Shown: positions 1 to 10,581 of the stretch, one piece after another
Layout of the letters: each line of letters begins with the position of its first letter
How positions within the stretch are numbered: position 1 is the stretch's first letter
From: an uncultured Clostridia bacterium
Lineage (GTDB): Bacteria; Bacillota; Clostridia; Oscillospirales; CAG-272
Direction: 5' to 3'
NCBI GenBank assembly: GCA_947626065.1
Contig: CANQQT010000003.1
Span: forward strand, 45,618 to 109,617
Length of the DNA stretch: 64,000 bases
Translations under genes and position numbers: made by a program
The notes under the pieces: model-generated
Databases searched by the model: none
What the model saw: the letters and a program-made list of their open reading frames with translations, nothing else
What the model was told of the DNA's origin: nothing

Positions 1-1391
1 AGGTCGACCTTCTGAACCATCTTAAGGCCCGACACGGCGATGAAGCCGTACAGGGCGATGCAGACGCCGCCCATGACGCAGGAGGGAATGGAGTTGACGA
101 AGGCGACGAAGGGAGACAGGAAGGCGATGATCATCGCGCCGACCGCAGCCGCCAGAATGGTGACGACGGAGGCGTTACCGGTGATGGCGACGCATCCGAT
201 CGATTCGCCGTAGGTCGTGTTCGGGCAGCCGCCGAAGAGCGCACCGGCCATCGAACCGACGCCGTCACCGAGGAGGGTGCGGTGCAGACCGGGATCGACG
301 AGGAGGTCCTTTTCGATGATGGTGGAGATGTTCTTATGGTCGGCAATATGCTCGGCGAAGACCACGAAGGCCACCGGCACGTAGGCGACGGCGAGGGTGA
401 GGAGATAGCTTGCCGAGACCTCGCGGACGCTCTTGAAGGCTGTCAGGAAGGTGAAGTCGGGGAGCGCGAAGAAGGTGGAAAGGGAGACCGCGCCGTCCTT
501 GAGAAGGGCCGTGAAGGGCGAGAAGTCGACGATCATCAGCGCCGGATTCTTCAGGGCAAGGCCGAGGAGATAGAAGACGCAGGCGGCGGCATAGCCGGAG
601 CAGATACCGACGATAAAGGGAATCAGCTTGATGAATTTCTTTCCGTAGGTGGAGCAGAGAACGGTAGCGAAGAGGGTGATGAGGCCGCAGACGAGGGCGA
701 CGTAGACGGAGCCCTGTACAGAGCTGAGCGTATAGTTCCCGTCGTCATCCACGGTGACGGTGATTTCGGGGTGGAGCTTGTCCTCCGGGATTTCTCTCGC
801 CGCCGGGTCAACGTCCTTGTCGGCGACAAGGTATTCCGTTCCGACGACGACGTCGTTCCCCTCGATGCTGTCCTTCTTTACCACTTCGATAATCTGATAG
901 TCGTTTGCGTCGTAGCAGGTCGTGTGGTTGACGTTTCCGAGGTCGCCGATGGCGTTTCCGGCGAGGGAAAGGCCGATGATGGCGACGGTCGGCCCGATGA
1001 CGACGGCGGGCATCAGGCGGTTAATCCATTTGACGCCGACGAATTTTACGACCAACGCGATGATGACGTAGACGATTCCGGCAAAAACGGCGCCAAGGAT
1101 GAGGCCGAGGTATCCGAGGCCCATCGAAATGCCTCCCGCGAAGGCCGCGGCCATCGGCTTGATGAAGGCGAAGGAGGATCCGAGGAAGACGGGGCTTCTG
1201 CCCTTGGTGAAGAGCAGATAGACGATGGTGCCCACACCGGCGCCGAAGAGAGCGGCGGCAGGGCTCATGTCGTGGCCGACGATGACGGGGACGACAAGCG
1301 TTGCCGCCATAATCGCGAGGAGCTGCTGAATCGCAAAGACGATCAGCTGGCCGAATTTCGGCCTGTCGTTGATGTTGTAGGTGAGTTTCAT
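1..1391 (-). CDS. pyrP: Uracil/xanthine (NCS2 family) permease; C-terminus runs off the left window edge
   Basis: It is absent from the ORF track because no stop codon lies in the window. The reverse frame from ATG 1391 stays open to base 1 and reads MKLTYNINDRPKFGQLIVFAIQQLLAIMAATLVVPVIVG..., a multi-TM NCS2/UraA-like sequence. An AAGGAGG RBS lies just upstream. The gene sits directly downstream of pyrR, as in Firmicute pyr operons. The G/D/E-rich + ORF 282..1685 is its antisense shadow. Confidence 0.8.
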   Translation of the reverse strand, partial: MKLTYNINDRPKFGQLIVFAIQQLLAIMAATLVVPVIVGHDMSPAAALFGAGVGTIVYLLFTKGRSPVFLGSSFAFIKPMAAAFAGGISMGLGYLGLILGAVFAGIVYVIIALVVKFVGVKWINRLMPAVVIGPTVAIIGLSLAGNAIGDLGNVNHTTCYDANDYQIIEVVKKDSIEGNDVVVGTEYLVADKDVDPAAREIPEDKLHPEITVTVDDDGNYTLSSVQGSVYVALVCGLITLFATVLCSTYGKKFIKLIPFIVGICSGYAAACVFYLLGLALKNPALMIVDFSPFTALLKDGAVSLSTFFALPDFTFLTAFKSVREVSASYLLTLAVAYVPVAFVVFAEHIADHKNISTIIEKDLLVDPGLHRTLLGDGVGSMAGALFGGCPNTTYGESIGCVAITGNASVVTILAAAVGAMIIAFLSPFVAFVNSIPSCVMGGVCIALYGFIAVSGLKMVQKVD

Positions 1392-1439
1392 GGGGACCTC
1401 CTTTATAATTCAGCCTGTCGGCTAAAAATTTATCGTAGG

Positions 1440-1640
1440 AAAGCGCCTTTGAAGAGTCTTTCAGGGTCTTTCGGAACCTTTACAGAGCCGTTGCCCAACC
1501 TTTCTTCACTTTTTTTCAGAGTCCTTGCCAAAGCCCTCGCCGGGAGAGGTGTTGCCTTTGCCAGAGCCTCGGGCAAAAGTCTTTGGCAGGGCCTCGTCAA
1601 AGCCTTCGCCGGGGAGCGTTATCGCTTTTGTCAGATTTTT
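1440..1640. repeat. Degenerate short tandem/dispersed repeats in the pyrR-pyrP spacer
   Basis: Reiterated variants of ttgccaaagcc(c/t)tcgccggg(g)ag and gtctttc/ggtctttcgg motifs can be read in 1440..1640. No clear PyrR-binding loop or terminator was found here. Confidence 0.5.
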
Positions 1641-1642
1641 TG

Positions 1643-2310
<668 letters not shown>

Positions 2311-2331
2311 ATTAAAGATTTTGTTTGCTTC

Positions 2332-2360
2332 ATTATAGCACGGCGGAGAGAAATTGTCAA
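2332..2360 (-). promoter_or_regulatory. Sigma-A type promoter for pyrR-pyrP
   Basis: The minus strand reads TTGACA (2355..2360), a 17-nt spacer, then TATAAT (2332..2337), a perfect consensus. Confidence 0.75.
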
Positions 2361-2778
2361 CAAAAATTTCACGGAATTTTTATATTTCGTCAGAAATCGG
2401 CTGGGAAATGATTCCGGGCTAAAAAATTGACACTTTGGCAACAAAATATCTTCAATTTATTAAGAGAAAAGTTATATACTTATCTTTATAGCTTTTCTTT
2501 TCCCGGGAGATACCGGCGGTCGACGCCTTTTCGGCCAAACGGCTCGGGGAAACGGCGGGGAATCGGCACGGCAAATGCGCGAATACCTCGTCGGGCGCAA
2601 GGCCCGCGGCGGCCAAGGCCGCAAAGCGTTTCCACGCTTGAGGCCATGCGCAACCGAAGCAATTCACACCTGAAGCAAGTTACACTTGAAAAAATTTTCA
2701 CGTGAACAGGATTGGCCGCGAAAAATTCACGCGGCGGGGCCAAAGGCCTGAAATTCAGACAAAGGATGGTGTCAGAGA

Positions 2779-4947
2779 GTGCCTCTCAACCGACAGCAAA
2801 CAACCGGATTTCCTCTTCCGCGGGAAGGCGCGGAGCGCCGCCGCGTGCTGGCAAGGCGGGATATTGCGGTCAGCATGATCTTTTTCACGCCGGCTATTTT
2901 CTGGCTTGAAATTCTGACTCGCCTCTTTACCTTCGGGGGAATGCGGCCTATCCAGTTCTTCTATATCCTCCTTTTCACAGTCTCGTGGGGAGCGCTTTTC
3001 TCCTTCGGCCTCTCCTTCATCACGAATAAAAAGGCGCGAAAAATCACCGCCGCGGTCCTGCTCGGCGTCATTACGGTGATTTTTTCGGCGCAGACGGTCT
3101 ATTACGAGGTCTTCAAGACCTATTTCAGCTGGGATTCCGTCGGCATGGCGGGACAGCTTACCGACTTCTGGCGGGAGGCGCTGACGGCCATCGGAAAGTG
3201 CATTCCCCGCATCCTCCTTCTCTTCGTTCCCTTTGCCCTCCTTCTGCTCTTTTTCAGAAAATTTTCCCATTTCAAACGGGTGCCGGGAAAGCAGAAAGCG
3301 CTTCTCGTCCTTGCCGTCTTCCTCTCCTTCTCGCTCAACGCGGTGATGATTTACGCAGATAAAAGCGAGGGCGGTGCGCTCTTCCTCTACGATTATCCCA
3401 CCATCAACGAATCGTCGATGAATTTCGGCATCATGACCTCCACGCGGCTGGGGCTACAGCTTCTGATGCGGGGAGACAGCACCGTCGAGCCGGGCGGGGA
3501 TATCGTCAATCCCGACGATATCGACAACCCCTTCCTCGACCTTCCCGGGAACAACCCGGGCGGCACCGGAACCGGGACGGGAGACGACCCCGGAACCGAA
3601 ACCGGGGATCCCGGGGATGTGACCGAGCCGCCCCTTCCGCCGGTGCCTCTCGGGGACAACGTCATGGATATCGACTTTGAGAAGCTGATTGCCGAGGAAA
3701 CCGACAAGACCATCAAGGATATGCACCAGTATTTCTCCTCCCTCAAGCCGACGGCGAAGAACGCCTATACAGGCTTCTTCAAGGGGAAAAACCTGATTTT
3801 CATGACGCTGGAGGGCTTCAGCGGAAAGGTGATCGATCCGGAGCTCACCCCCACCCTCTATAAAATGTCGACGGAGGGCTTCGTCTTCCCCAATTTCTAT
3901 AATTCCTGCTGGGGCGGAAGCACGGCGACGGGGGAATACGCCAACATGACGGGACTCTTTTACAACAGCGCCTCCTGCCTGAAAAAGAGCGCCTCCATCT
4001 CCCTTCCCTTCGCCCTCGGGAATCAGTTCTCAAAGCTTGGCTATACGACTCTTGCCTATCACGCCAATACCTATACCTACTATTCCCGTAACCTCTCCCA
4101 TCCCAATATGGGCTATACCTATCTGGGCAGAGGCAACGGCATTGAGAATCTCACCGACCGGAGTGGCAACGTGATGACGAAATCGTGGCCCTTCTCCGAC
4201 CTGCAGCTCGCCGACGTCACGATTGACCAATACATCAACAAGACGCCCTTCCACGTCTACTATATGACCATCAGCGGCCACTGCAACTATAACTGGGGCG
4301 GCAACGCCATGTCCAAGCTCCACCGCGCCGAGGTTCAGCACCTCGACTACTCGGAGGAGGTCAAGGCCTATATCGCCTGTCAGCTGGAGGTTGAGCTGAT
4401 GGTGAAGCAGCTCGTCGACTATCTTGACGAGGCGGGGATTCTGGAGGATACCGTCTTTGTCATGGAGGCCGACCATTATCCCTACGGCCTCTCCCACGAA
4501 TCGCTTGCCGAGCTCTACGGCCTCCCGGTCGACAACATCGAGGCAAATTACGACCTTTACCGCAATTCTCTGATCATCTGGTCGGCCTGCATGAAGGAGC
4601 CGGTCGTCGTCGACGCGCCCTGCTCCGCCATCGATATCATCCCGACGGTCTCCAACCTCTTCGGGCTGGAATACGATTCCCGTCTGCTCCCTGGAACCGA
4701 CCTTCTCTCCGATACCGATCCCTTCGTCATCATCAACTGCAACGGCGCCGGCCCCTACTGGGGATGGATCAACCGTTACGGCTCCTACAGTACAAAGACG
4801 GGCTTTGTCCCCGCCGAGGGCTATACAGCCGACGCGACGGCGCTGAAATCCTACGTGAAGAGCATGACGAATCTCGTTACGACGAAGAAAAAATATACCT
4901 TCCAGATTCTCACCAATGACTACTACCGTTACGTGTTCGGAGAATAA
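2779..4947 (+). CDS. LTA synthase family protein (membrane-anchored sulfatase / alkaline-phosphatase superfamily)
   Basis: The 722-aa ORF has N-terminal multi-TM segments. A G/T/D/P-rich linker follows, then a sulfatase-like domain (MTLEGFSGKV..., NFYNSCWGGSTATGEYANMTGLF, MEADHYPYG). The start is uncertain: GTG 2779 or ATG 2875. Confidence 0.8.
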   Translation: MPLNRQQTTGFPLPREGAERRRVLARRDIAVSMIFFTPAIFWLEILTRLFTFGGMRPIQFFYILLFTVSWGALFSFGLSFITNKKARKITAAVLLGVITVIFSAQTVYYEVFKTYFSWDSVGMAGQLTDFWREALTAIGKCIPRILLLFVPFALLLLFFRKFSHFKRVPGKQKALLVLAVFLSFSLNAVMIYADKSEGGALFLYDYPTINESSMNFGIMTSTRLGLQLLMRGDSTVEPGGDIVNPDDIDNPFLDLPGNNPGGTGTGTGDDPGTETGDPGDVTEPPLPPVPLGDNVMDIDFEKLIAEETDKTIKDMHQYFSSLKPTAKNAYTGFFKGKNLIFMTLEGFSGKVIDPELTPTLYKMSTEGFVFPNFYNSCWGGSTATGEYANMTGLFYNSASCLKKSASISLPFALGNQFSKLGYTTLAYHANTYTYYSRNLSHPNMGYTYLGRGNGIENLTDRSGNVMTKSWPFSDLQLADVTIDQYINKTPFHVYYMTISGHCNYNWGGNAMSKLHRAEVQHLDYSEEVKAYIACQLEVELMVKQLVDYLDEAGILEDTVFVMEADHYPYGLSHESLAELYGLPVDNIEANYDLYRNSLIIWSACMKEPVVVDAPCSAIDIIPTVSNLFGLEYDSRLLPGTDLLSDTDPFVIINCNGAGPYWGWINRYGSYSTKTGFVPAEGYTADATALKSYVKSMTNLVTTKKKYTFQILTNDYYRYVFGE

Positions 4948-5005
4948 CCAAGGAACAAGCGGGCCCTTTGCCCGGAATTTTTGATACAGCAAGGAGAAAT
5001 TTACA

Positions 5006-6280
5006 ATGTCACATTCGATAGGAACCGTTTGCGTTCAGGGCGGCTATACGCCGGGAAACGGGGAACCCCGTCAGATTCCGATCATACAGAGCACGACCTT
5101 CCGGTACACCACCGGGGAGGCGATGGGAAAGCTGTTTGACCTTGAGGAATCGGGCTATTTCTACTCCCGCCTGCAAAATCCCACCTGCGATACCGTCGCC
5201 GCGAAAATCTGCGAGCTTGAGGGCGGGAGCGCCGCCATGCTGACCTCCTCCGGTCAGGCCGCCTCCTTCCTGTCGGTTTTCAATATCGCCTCCTGCGGGG
5301 ATCATATCGTTTCCTCCGCCTCCATCTACGGCGGAACCTATAACCTTTTCGCCGTCACGATGAAGCGGATGGGAATTTCCTTCACCTTTGTCGATCCCGA
5401 CTGTACGGAGGAGGAGCTGAACGCCGCCTTCCGGCCGAACACCAAGGCGGTTTTCGGCGAGACGATTGCCAACCCCGCGCTTACCGTGCTCGATATTGAA
5501 AAATTTGCAAAAGCCGCCCACGCCCACGGCGTCCCGCTGATTGTGGACAATACCTTCGCCACCCCCGTCAATTGCCGGCCCTTTGCATTCGGCGCCGACA
5601 TCGTCACCCATTCCACCACAAAATATATGGACGGCCACGGCGCGGCGGTCGGCGGCTGTATCGTCGATTCCGGGAAGTTCGACTGGGGAGCGCACGCCGA
5701 AAAATTCCCCGGCCTCTGTACGCCCGACGAGAGCTACCACGGGGTCACCTATATCGAGCGGTTCGGCCTGGGCGGCGCCTACATCACCAAGGCGACGGCG
5801 CAGCTGATGAGAGACTTCGGAACCGTGCAGTCCCCGCAGAACGCCTATCTGCTCAATCTCGGGCTGGAATCGCTTCACGTCCGGATGAAGAGGCACTGCG
5901 AAAACGGCGAGGCGGTCGCGAAATTCCTTGAAAGCAGCGACAGAGTCGCGTGGGTCAATTATCCCTCGCTGCCCTCCTCCCCCTATTACGAAAGGGCGAA
6001 AAAATACCTGCCGCACGGCTCCTGCGGAGTCGTCAGCTTCGGTGTGAAGGGCGGTCGCGAGGCGGCTCAGCGCTTTATGAGCCGACTGAAGATCGCGGCG
6101 ATTGAAACCCACGTCGCCGACGCAAGATCCTGCTGTCTCCATCCCGCCGGAACCACGCACCGGCAGATGAACGAGGAGGAGCTGGCGGCGGCCGGTGTGC
6201 CGGGCGATCTTGTTCGCTTCTCCTGCGGCCTTGAGGACGCCTCCGATCTGATTGAGGATATCCGTCAGGCGCTGGAATAA
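5006..6280 (+). CDS. metY: O-acetylhomoserine sulfhydrylase (PLP-dependent Cys/Met metabolism family)
   Basis: The 424-aa ORF has the PLP-lysine motif HSTTKYMDGHG and family-typical QNPTCD and IAAIETHVADARS segments. Confidence 0.9.
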   Translation: MSHSIGTVCVQGGYTPGNGEPRQIPIIQSTTFRYTTGEAMGKLFDLEESGYFYSRLQNPTCDTVAAKICELEGGSAAMLTSSGQAASFLSVFNIASCGDHIVSSASIYGGTYNLFAVTMKRMGISFTFVDPDCTEEELNAAFRPNTKAVFGETIANPALTVLDIEKFAKAAHAHGVPLIVDNTFATPVNCRPFAFGADIVTHSTTKYMDGHGAAVGGCIVDSGKFDWGAHAEKFPGLCTPDESYHGVTYIERFGLGGAYITKATAQLMRDFGTVQSPQNAYLLNLGLESLHVRMKRHCENGEAVAKFLESSDRVAWVNYPSLPSSPYYERAKKYLPHGSCGVVSFGVKGGREAAQRFMSRLKIAAIETHVADARSCCLHPAGTTHRQMNEEELAAAGVPGDLVRFSCGLEDASDLIEDIRQALE

Positions 6281-6284
6281 GCGT

Positions 6285-6500
6285 GTTTTGAAACAGGCGC
6301 GTTTGGGAGAGCAGTACTTTGAAAAAGAGAGCTTTGAAGAAAGCGCGTTTTGGAGAAAGATATTTTAGAAAAAGTGAGCTTTGAAAAAGAGCGCTTTGGA
6401 AAAGAATGCTTTGAAAAAAGCGAGTATCGAAGGAAGCACTCTTCGAGCGCACCTTTAGAAAGAGCATTTTGGGGTACTTTGAAAAAATTTATTTTTTCAA
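6285..6500. repeat. Degenerate tandem repeats (GCTTTGAAAAAGAG-like units)
   Basis: The region reads gagctttgaagaaagcgcg / gagctttgaaaaagagcgc / tttggaaaagaatgc / tttgaaaaaagcgag and so on, reiterated across the metY-metA spacer. Confidence 0.7.
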
Positions 6501-6538
6501 AGTACTCCCTAGCGACGATTTGATACGGGGTGACCGTT

Positions 6539-7456
6539 ATGCCTATCAAGATTCCCAATGAGCTTCCCGCCGCCGGCATTCTTTTGAAGGAAAACATCTT
6601 CGTCATGTCGGAGACCCGGGCCAGCACGCAGGATATCCGCCCGCTTCAGATTCTGATTCTCAATCTGATGCCGAAAAAAATCGAAACCGAGACTCAGCTG
6701 ACAAGGCTCCTCGGAAACACCTCCCTGCAGGTCGAGATGGAGCTGATCCACACCGAGACCTACGAGTCGAAGAACACCTCAAGGGAGCATCTTCTCAAAT
6801 TCTATAAGACCTTCCGGGAGGTGCGCGACCGGAATTTTGACGGCATGATCATCACCGGCGCGCCGGTCGAGCAGCTGGAATTTGAAGAGGTGGAATACTG
6901 GGGAGAGCTCTGCGAAATCATGGAGTGGAGCAAGACGCACGTTCACAGTACGTTTCACATCTGCTGGGGAGCGCAGGCGGGGCTCTATTACCATTACGGA
7001 ATCCCCAAGGTTCCCCTTCCCGAGAAGCTGTCGGGGGTCTACCTTCATAGAGCGGATTACAAGAATTCCATGCTGCTGCGCGGCTTCGACGATATTTTCC
7101 CGGTTCCGCAGTCAAGGCACACCACCGTGCGGCGGGAGGATATCGAGGCCGTCCCCGAGCTCCGGATTCTCGCCTCCTCCCCGGAGGCCGGCGTCTATGC
7201 GGTCTCGGCCAAGAGCGAGCGGCAGTTCTTTATCACCGGCCATTCGGAGTACGACGCGACGACGCTCGCGGAGGAGTACAAGCGGGATCTTGCGGCGGGA
7301 AAGAGGCCGCACCTTCCGGTCAACTATTTCCCGGGCGACGACCCGTCGAAGACGCCCCTTGTGACCTGGAGGGCGCACGCCAACCTGCTCTTCTCCAACT
7401 GGCTCAACTATTTCGTATACCAGACCACGCCCTTCGACCTGTCGCAGATTAAATAG
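6539..7456 (+). CDS. metA: Homoserine O-acyltransferase (MetA family)
   Basis: It has the canonical N-terminus [11 protein letters not shown] and the active-site region [12 protein letters not shown]. The ORF-track start at GTG 6530 lies 3 codons upstream of the conserved MPIKIP. Confidence 0.9.
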   Translation: MPIKIPNELPAAGILLKENIFVMSETRASTQDIRPLQILILNLMPKKIETETQLTRLLGNTSLQVEMELIHTETYESKNTSREHLLKFYKTFREVRDRNFDGMIITGAPVEQLEFEEVEYWGELCEIMEWSKTHVHSTFHICWGAQAGLYYHYGIPKVPLPEKLSGVYLHRADYKNSMLLRGFDDIFPVPQSRHTTVRREDIEAVPELRILASSPEAGVYAVSAKSERQFFITGHSEYDATTLAEEYKRDLAAGKRPHLPVNYFPGDDPSKTPLVTWRAHANLLFSNWLNYFVYQTTPFDLSQIK

Positions 7457-7592
7457 GAACAAGCGTACCGGCGTGCTTCCCCGTCCCCAAAAGAGGGCGG
7501 GAGAAGCGGGCCGGAGGAGAAGCCCCGCCCCGTAAGGAGGGGACGCCTCTTACGCTTCGGAAGAAAGGAAGCCCCGTCGGGGCGAACGACTT

Positions 7593-10538
7593 ATGTCCAC
7601 TGTTTACTCCGTAGGAATCGATATCGGCTCCACTACGGCCAAGCTCGTGATTACCGAGAACGGCGAGCCGACTCTCTGCCGTTACGAGCGCCATATGTCT
7701 CAAGCGAGGGGAAAGCTGACGGAGCTTCTTCGCGACGCTGAGGGAATTCTTCAGGGCAAGCGCTTTACCGCCGCCATTTCCGGCTCGGCGGGCATGGGAT
7801 TGGCGCAGGCGGCGGGGGTTCCCTTTGTTCAGGAGGTTTTCGCCACCGCGGAGGTGGTGAAAAGGAAGGAGCCCGACGCCTCCTGCGTCATTGAACTCGG
7901 CGGCGAGGACGCCAAGGTCATTTTTTTTGAGGGCGGACGCGACGAGAGAATGAACGGAAGCTGCGCGGGGGGTACCGGCGCCTTCATCGATCAGATGGCG
8001 GTTTTGCTCAATATGACGGTAGACGAGATGGACAGGGCCAGCCTCTCTGCCGAGAGAATTTATCCGATTGCCTCCCGGTGCGGGGTTTTCGCCAAGTCCG
8101 ACATTCAGCCCCTTCTGAATCAGGGGGCCTCCAAGCCGGACATCGCCGCCAGCATCTATCAGGCGGTCGTCAATCAGACGGTGGCGGGGCTCGCGCAGGG
8201 GAGAAAGATTCGCGGAAAGGTGCTTTTCCTCGGCGGGCCGCTCTATTACTGCCAGGGGCTCCGGCTCCGCTTCCGGCAGACGCTCGGCCTCGATGAGGAG
8301 CACGCGAAATTTCCGGAATACGGACGCCATGCCGTCGCGCTCGGCGCGGCGCTCTGCATAGGGAAGGAATATACCTACGAAGAGCTTCTTTTGGCGGTTG
8401 AAAAAAGCGCCGACATCAAGACGAGCCGCCGCCTGCCGCCTCTCTTCGACGGGCCGGAGGATTACGAGGAATTCCGGAAGCGCCACGCGAAGGATACCGT
8501 CGGGGAGGAGGATCTCTCTTCCTATCGCGGGCGGGCGTGGCTCGGGGTCGACTGCGGAAGCACGACGACCAAGCTGGTTTTGATTTCAGAGGAGGGGAAG
8601 ATTCTCTACTCCTATTACAGCCCCAATCTCGGCAACCCCGTTTCGGTCGTGAAGGAACAGCTTGAGAAAATCTATGCCCTCTGCGGAGACAGAACCGTCA
8701 TCTGCGGCGCGGCCTCGACGGGCTATGGGGAAACGCTGATACAGAATGCCTTTTCCCTCGACGAGGGCGTCGTCGAGACGATTGCCCACTATACGGCGGC
8801 GGCCCGTTTCCGTCCCGACGTCGATTTTATCCTCGACATCGGCGGACAGGACATCAAATGCTTCAAAATCCGGAACGGGGCCATCGACTCCATCATGCTC
8901 AACGAGGCCTGTTCCTCCGGGTGCGGCTCCTTTATCGAGACCTTCGCCCGGTCGATGGGCTATTCGGCGGCGGAATTTGCCGCCAAAGGGATCACCGCCA
9001 AGGCGCCGGTCAACCTCGGCACCCGCTGTACCGTGTTCATGAACTCCTCCGTCAAGCAATCCCAGAAGGAAGGGACGACGGTGGAGGATATTTCGGCGGG
9101 GCTTTCGGTGAGCGTCGTCAAAAACGCGCTCTATAAGGTCATCCGCGCCCATTCCCCGGAGGAGCTGGGGAAAAACATCGTCGTTCAGGGGGGAACCTTT
9201 CTCAACGACGCGGTTTTACGGGCCTTTGAAAAAGAGGTGGGAACCGAGGTTATCCGTCCCTCGGTCGCGGGACTGATGGGGGCCTACGGGGCGGCGCTTC
9301 ACGCCATGCGCTTCTCGAAGAGCAAAATTCTCACCGCCGAGGCCCTGAAGCATTTCGTCCACCGTTCCACCGGCACCGTTTGTCAGGGCTGTGGGAATCA
9401 CTGCCGCCTGACGGTCAATACCTTTGACGGGGGCCGCCGTTTCATTTCGGGAAATCAGTGCGAAAGGGGTCTCGGAGGCCGTCGGGACGAATCGCTCCCC
9501 GACCTCTACGCCTTCAAGCAGTCGTTTCTCACCTCCCTATCCGAAAAAGAAGAAGGGGACGGGAGGCGCGGAACGGTCGGGATTCCGCTGGCCCTCGGGA
9601 TGCTGGAGCAGGCGCCCCTCTGGAAGGCGCTTTTCTCCTCCCTCGGCTATCGGGTGATTTTTTCAGGCCTCTCGACCCGCGCCACCTACGAAAAGGGACA
9701 GCTGACGATTCCCTCCGACACGGCCTGCTATCCGGCGAAGATCATGCACGGCCATATGCTGGAGCTGATTGAGAAAAAGCCGGATTTCCTCTTCTATCCC
9801 TGCCTGAGCTATAACGTCGACGAGGGAAGGTCGGACAACTGCTACAACTGCCCGATCGTAGCCTATTATCCCGAGCTTCTCAGGGGCAATATGGACGATC
9901 TGAAATCCGTCCGCTTCCTCTCTCCTTTTCTCAACCTGAACCGCCCTAAAGTTCTGGCAAAGGGCCTCCGGAAGGCGCTGAACAGGGAAGGGGAGAAGAT
10001 AGGACGCCGCGAGATGAAAACAGCGGTGAAAAAGGGCCTTGCCGCCTATCGGGCCTATCGAGAGGCGGTTGCCGAAGAGGGAAAACGCGCCGTCCGCTAT
10101 GCAAAGGAGCAGGGAAAGCGCGTGATGATTCTCGCCGGTCGGCCCTATCACTGCGACCCCGAAATCAATCACGGGATCGATAAGCTGGCCGCCTCCCTCG
10201 GCTTCGTCGTGGTGAGCGAAGACAGCGTCTGCGACATGGCGGAGCCCCCACGCGTCGGGGTTCTGAATCAGTGGACGTACCACTCCCGCCTCTATGCCGC
10301 GGCGGCCTATGCCACCGAGCATCCCGATACCGAGCTTGTACAGCTGGTCTCCTTCGGGTGCGGAATCGACGCGATCACTTCCGACGAGGTGCGGGCGATT
10401 TTGGAGTCCCACGGGAAGCTCTACACGCAGATCAAAATCGATGAGATCACCAACCTCGGCGCCGTCCGCATTCGTCTGCGGAGTCTGATTGGAGCCGTCG
10501 AGGAGAGGGAGAGAAACCGAAAAGAAAGCGAGGGCTGA
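7593..10538 (+). CDS. BcrAD/BadFG-type double ATPase (CoA-substrate-specific enzyme activase family) with C-terminal extension
   Basis: The 981-aa ORF contains two acetate/sugar-kinase-like ATPase starts (VGIDIGSTTAKLV and LGVDCGSTTTKLV). It also has a Cys motif (CQGCGNHC) and a DUF2229-like C-terminal part. Confidence 0.85.
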   Translation: MSTVYSVGIDIGSTTAKLVITENGEPTLCRYERHMSQARGKLTELLRDAEGILQGKRFTAAISGSAGMGLAQAAGVPFVQEVFATAEVVKRKEPDASCVIELGGEDAKVIFFEGGRDERMNGSCAGGTGAFIDQMAVLLNMTVDEMDRASLSAERIYPIASRCGVFAKSDIQPLLNQGASKPDIAASIYQAVVNQTVAGLAQGRKIRGKVLFLGGPLYYCQGLRLRFRQTLGLDEEHAKFPEYGRHAVALGAALCIGKEYTYEELLLAVEKSADIKTSRRLPPLFDGPEDYEEFRKRHAKDTVGEEDLSSYRGRAWLGVDCGSTTTKLVLISEEGKILYSYYSPNLGNPVSVVKEQLEKIYALCGDRTVICGAASTGYGETLIQNAFSLDEGVVETIAHYTAAARFRPDVDFILDIGGQDIKCFKIRNGAIDSIMLNEACSSGCGSFIETFARSMGYSAAEFAAKGITAKAPVNLGTRCTVFMNSSVKQSQKEGTTVEDISAGLSVSVVKNALYKVIRAHSPEELGKNIVVQGGTFLNDAVLRAFEKEVGTEVIRPSVAGLMGAYGAALHAMRFSKSKILTAEALKHFVHRSTGTVCQGCGNHCRLTVNTFDGGRRFISGNQCERGLGGRRDESLPDLYAFKQSFLTSLSEKEEGDGRRGTVGIPLALGMLEQAPLWKALFSSLGYRVIFSGLSTRATYEKGQLTIPSDTACYPAKIMHGHMLELIEKKPDFLFYPCLSYNVDEGRSDNCYNCPIVAYYPELLRGNMDDLKSVRFLSPFLNLNRPKVLAKGLRKALNREGEKIGRREMKTAVKKGLAAYRAYREAVAEEGKRAVRYAKEQGKRVMILAGRPYHCDPEINHGIDKLAASLGFVVVSEDSVCDMAEPPRVGVLNQWTYHSRLYAAAAYATEHPDTELVQLVSFGCGIDAITSDEVRAILESHGKLYTQIKIDEITNLGAVRIRLRSLIGAVEERERNRKESEG

Positions 10539-10581
10539 GCCCTTTTCGATCGGCTTTCCCAAAAAGAAAGGAAGTGATGCC

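Noticed and set aside
1392-1642. Second PyrR attenuator between pyrR and pyrP
   Set aside because: The only CGGGAGAGG-like string is on the wrong strand, and no hairpin followed by a U-tract is present on the coding strand.
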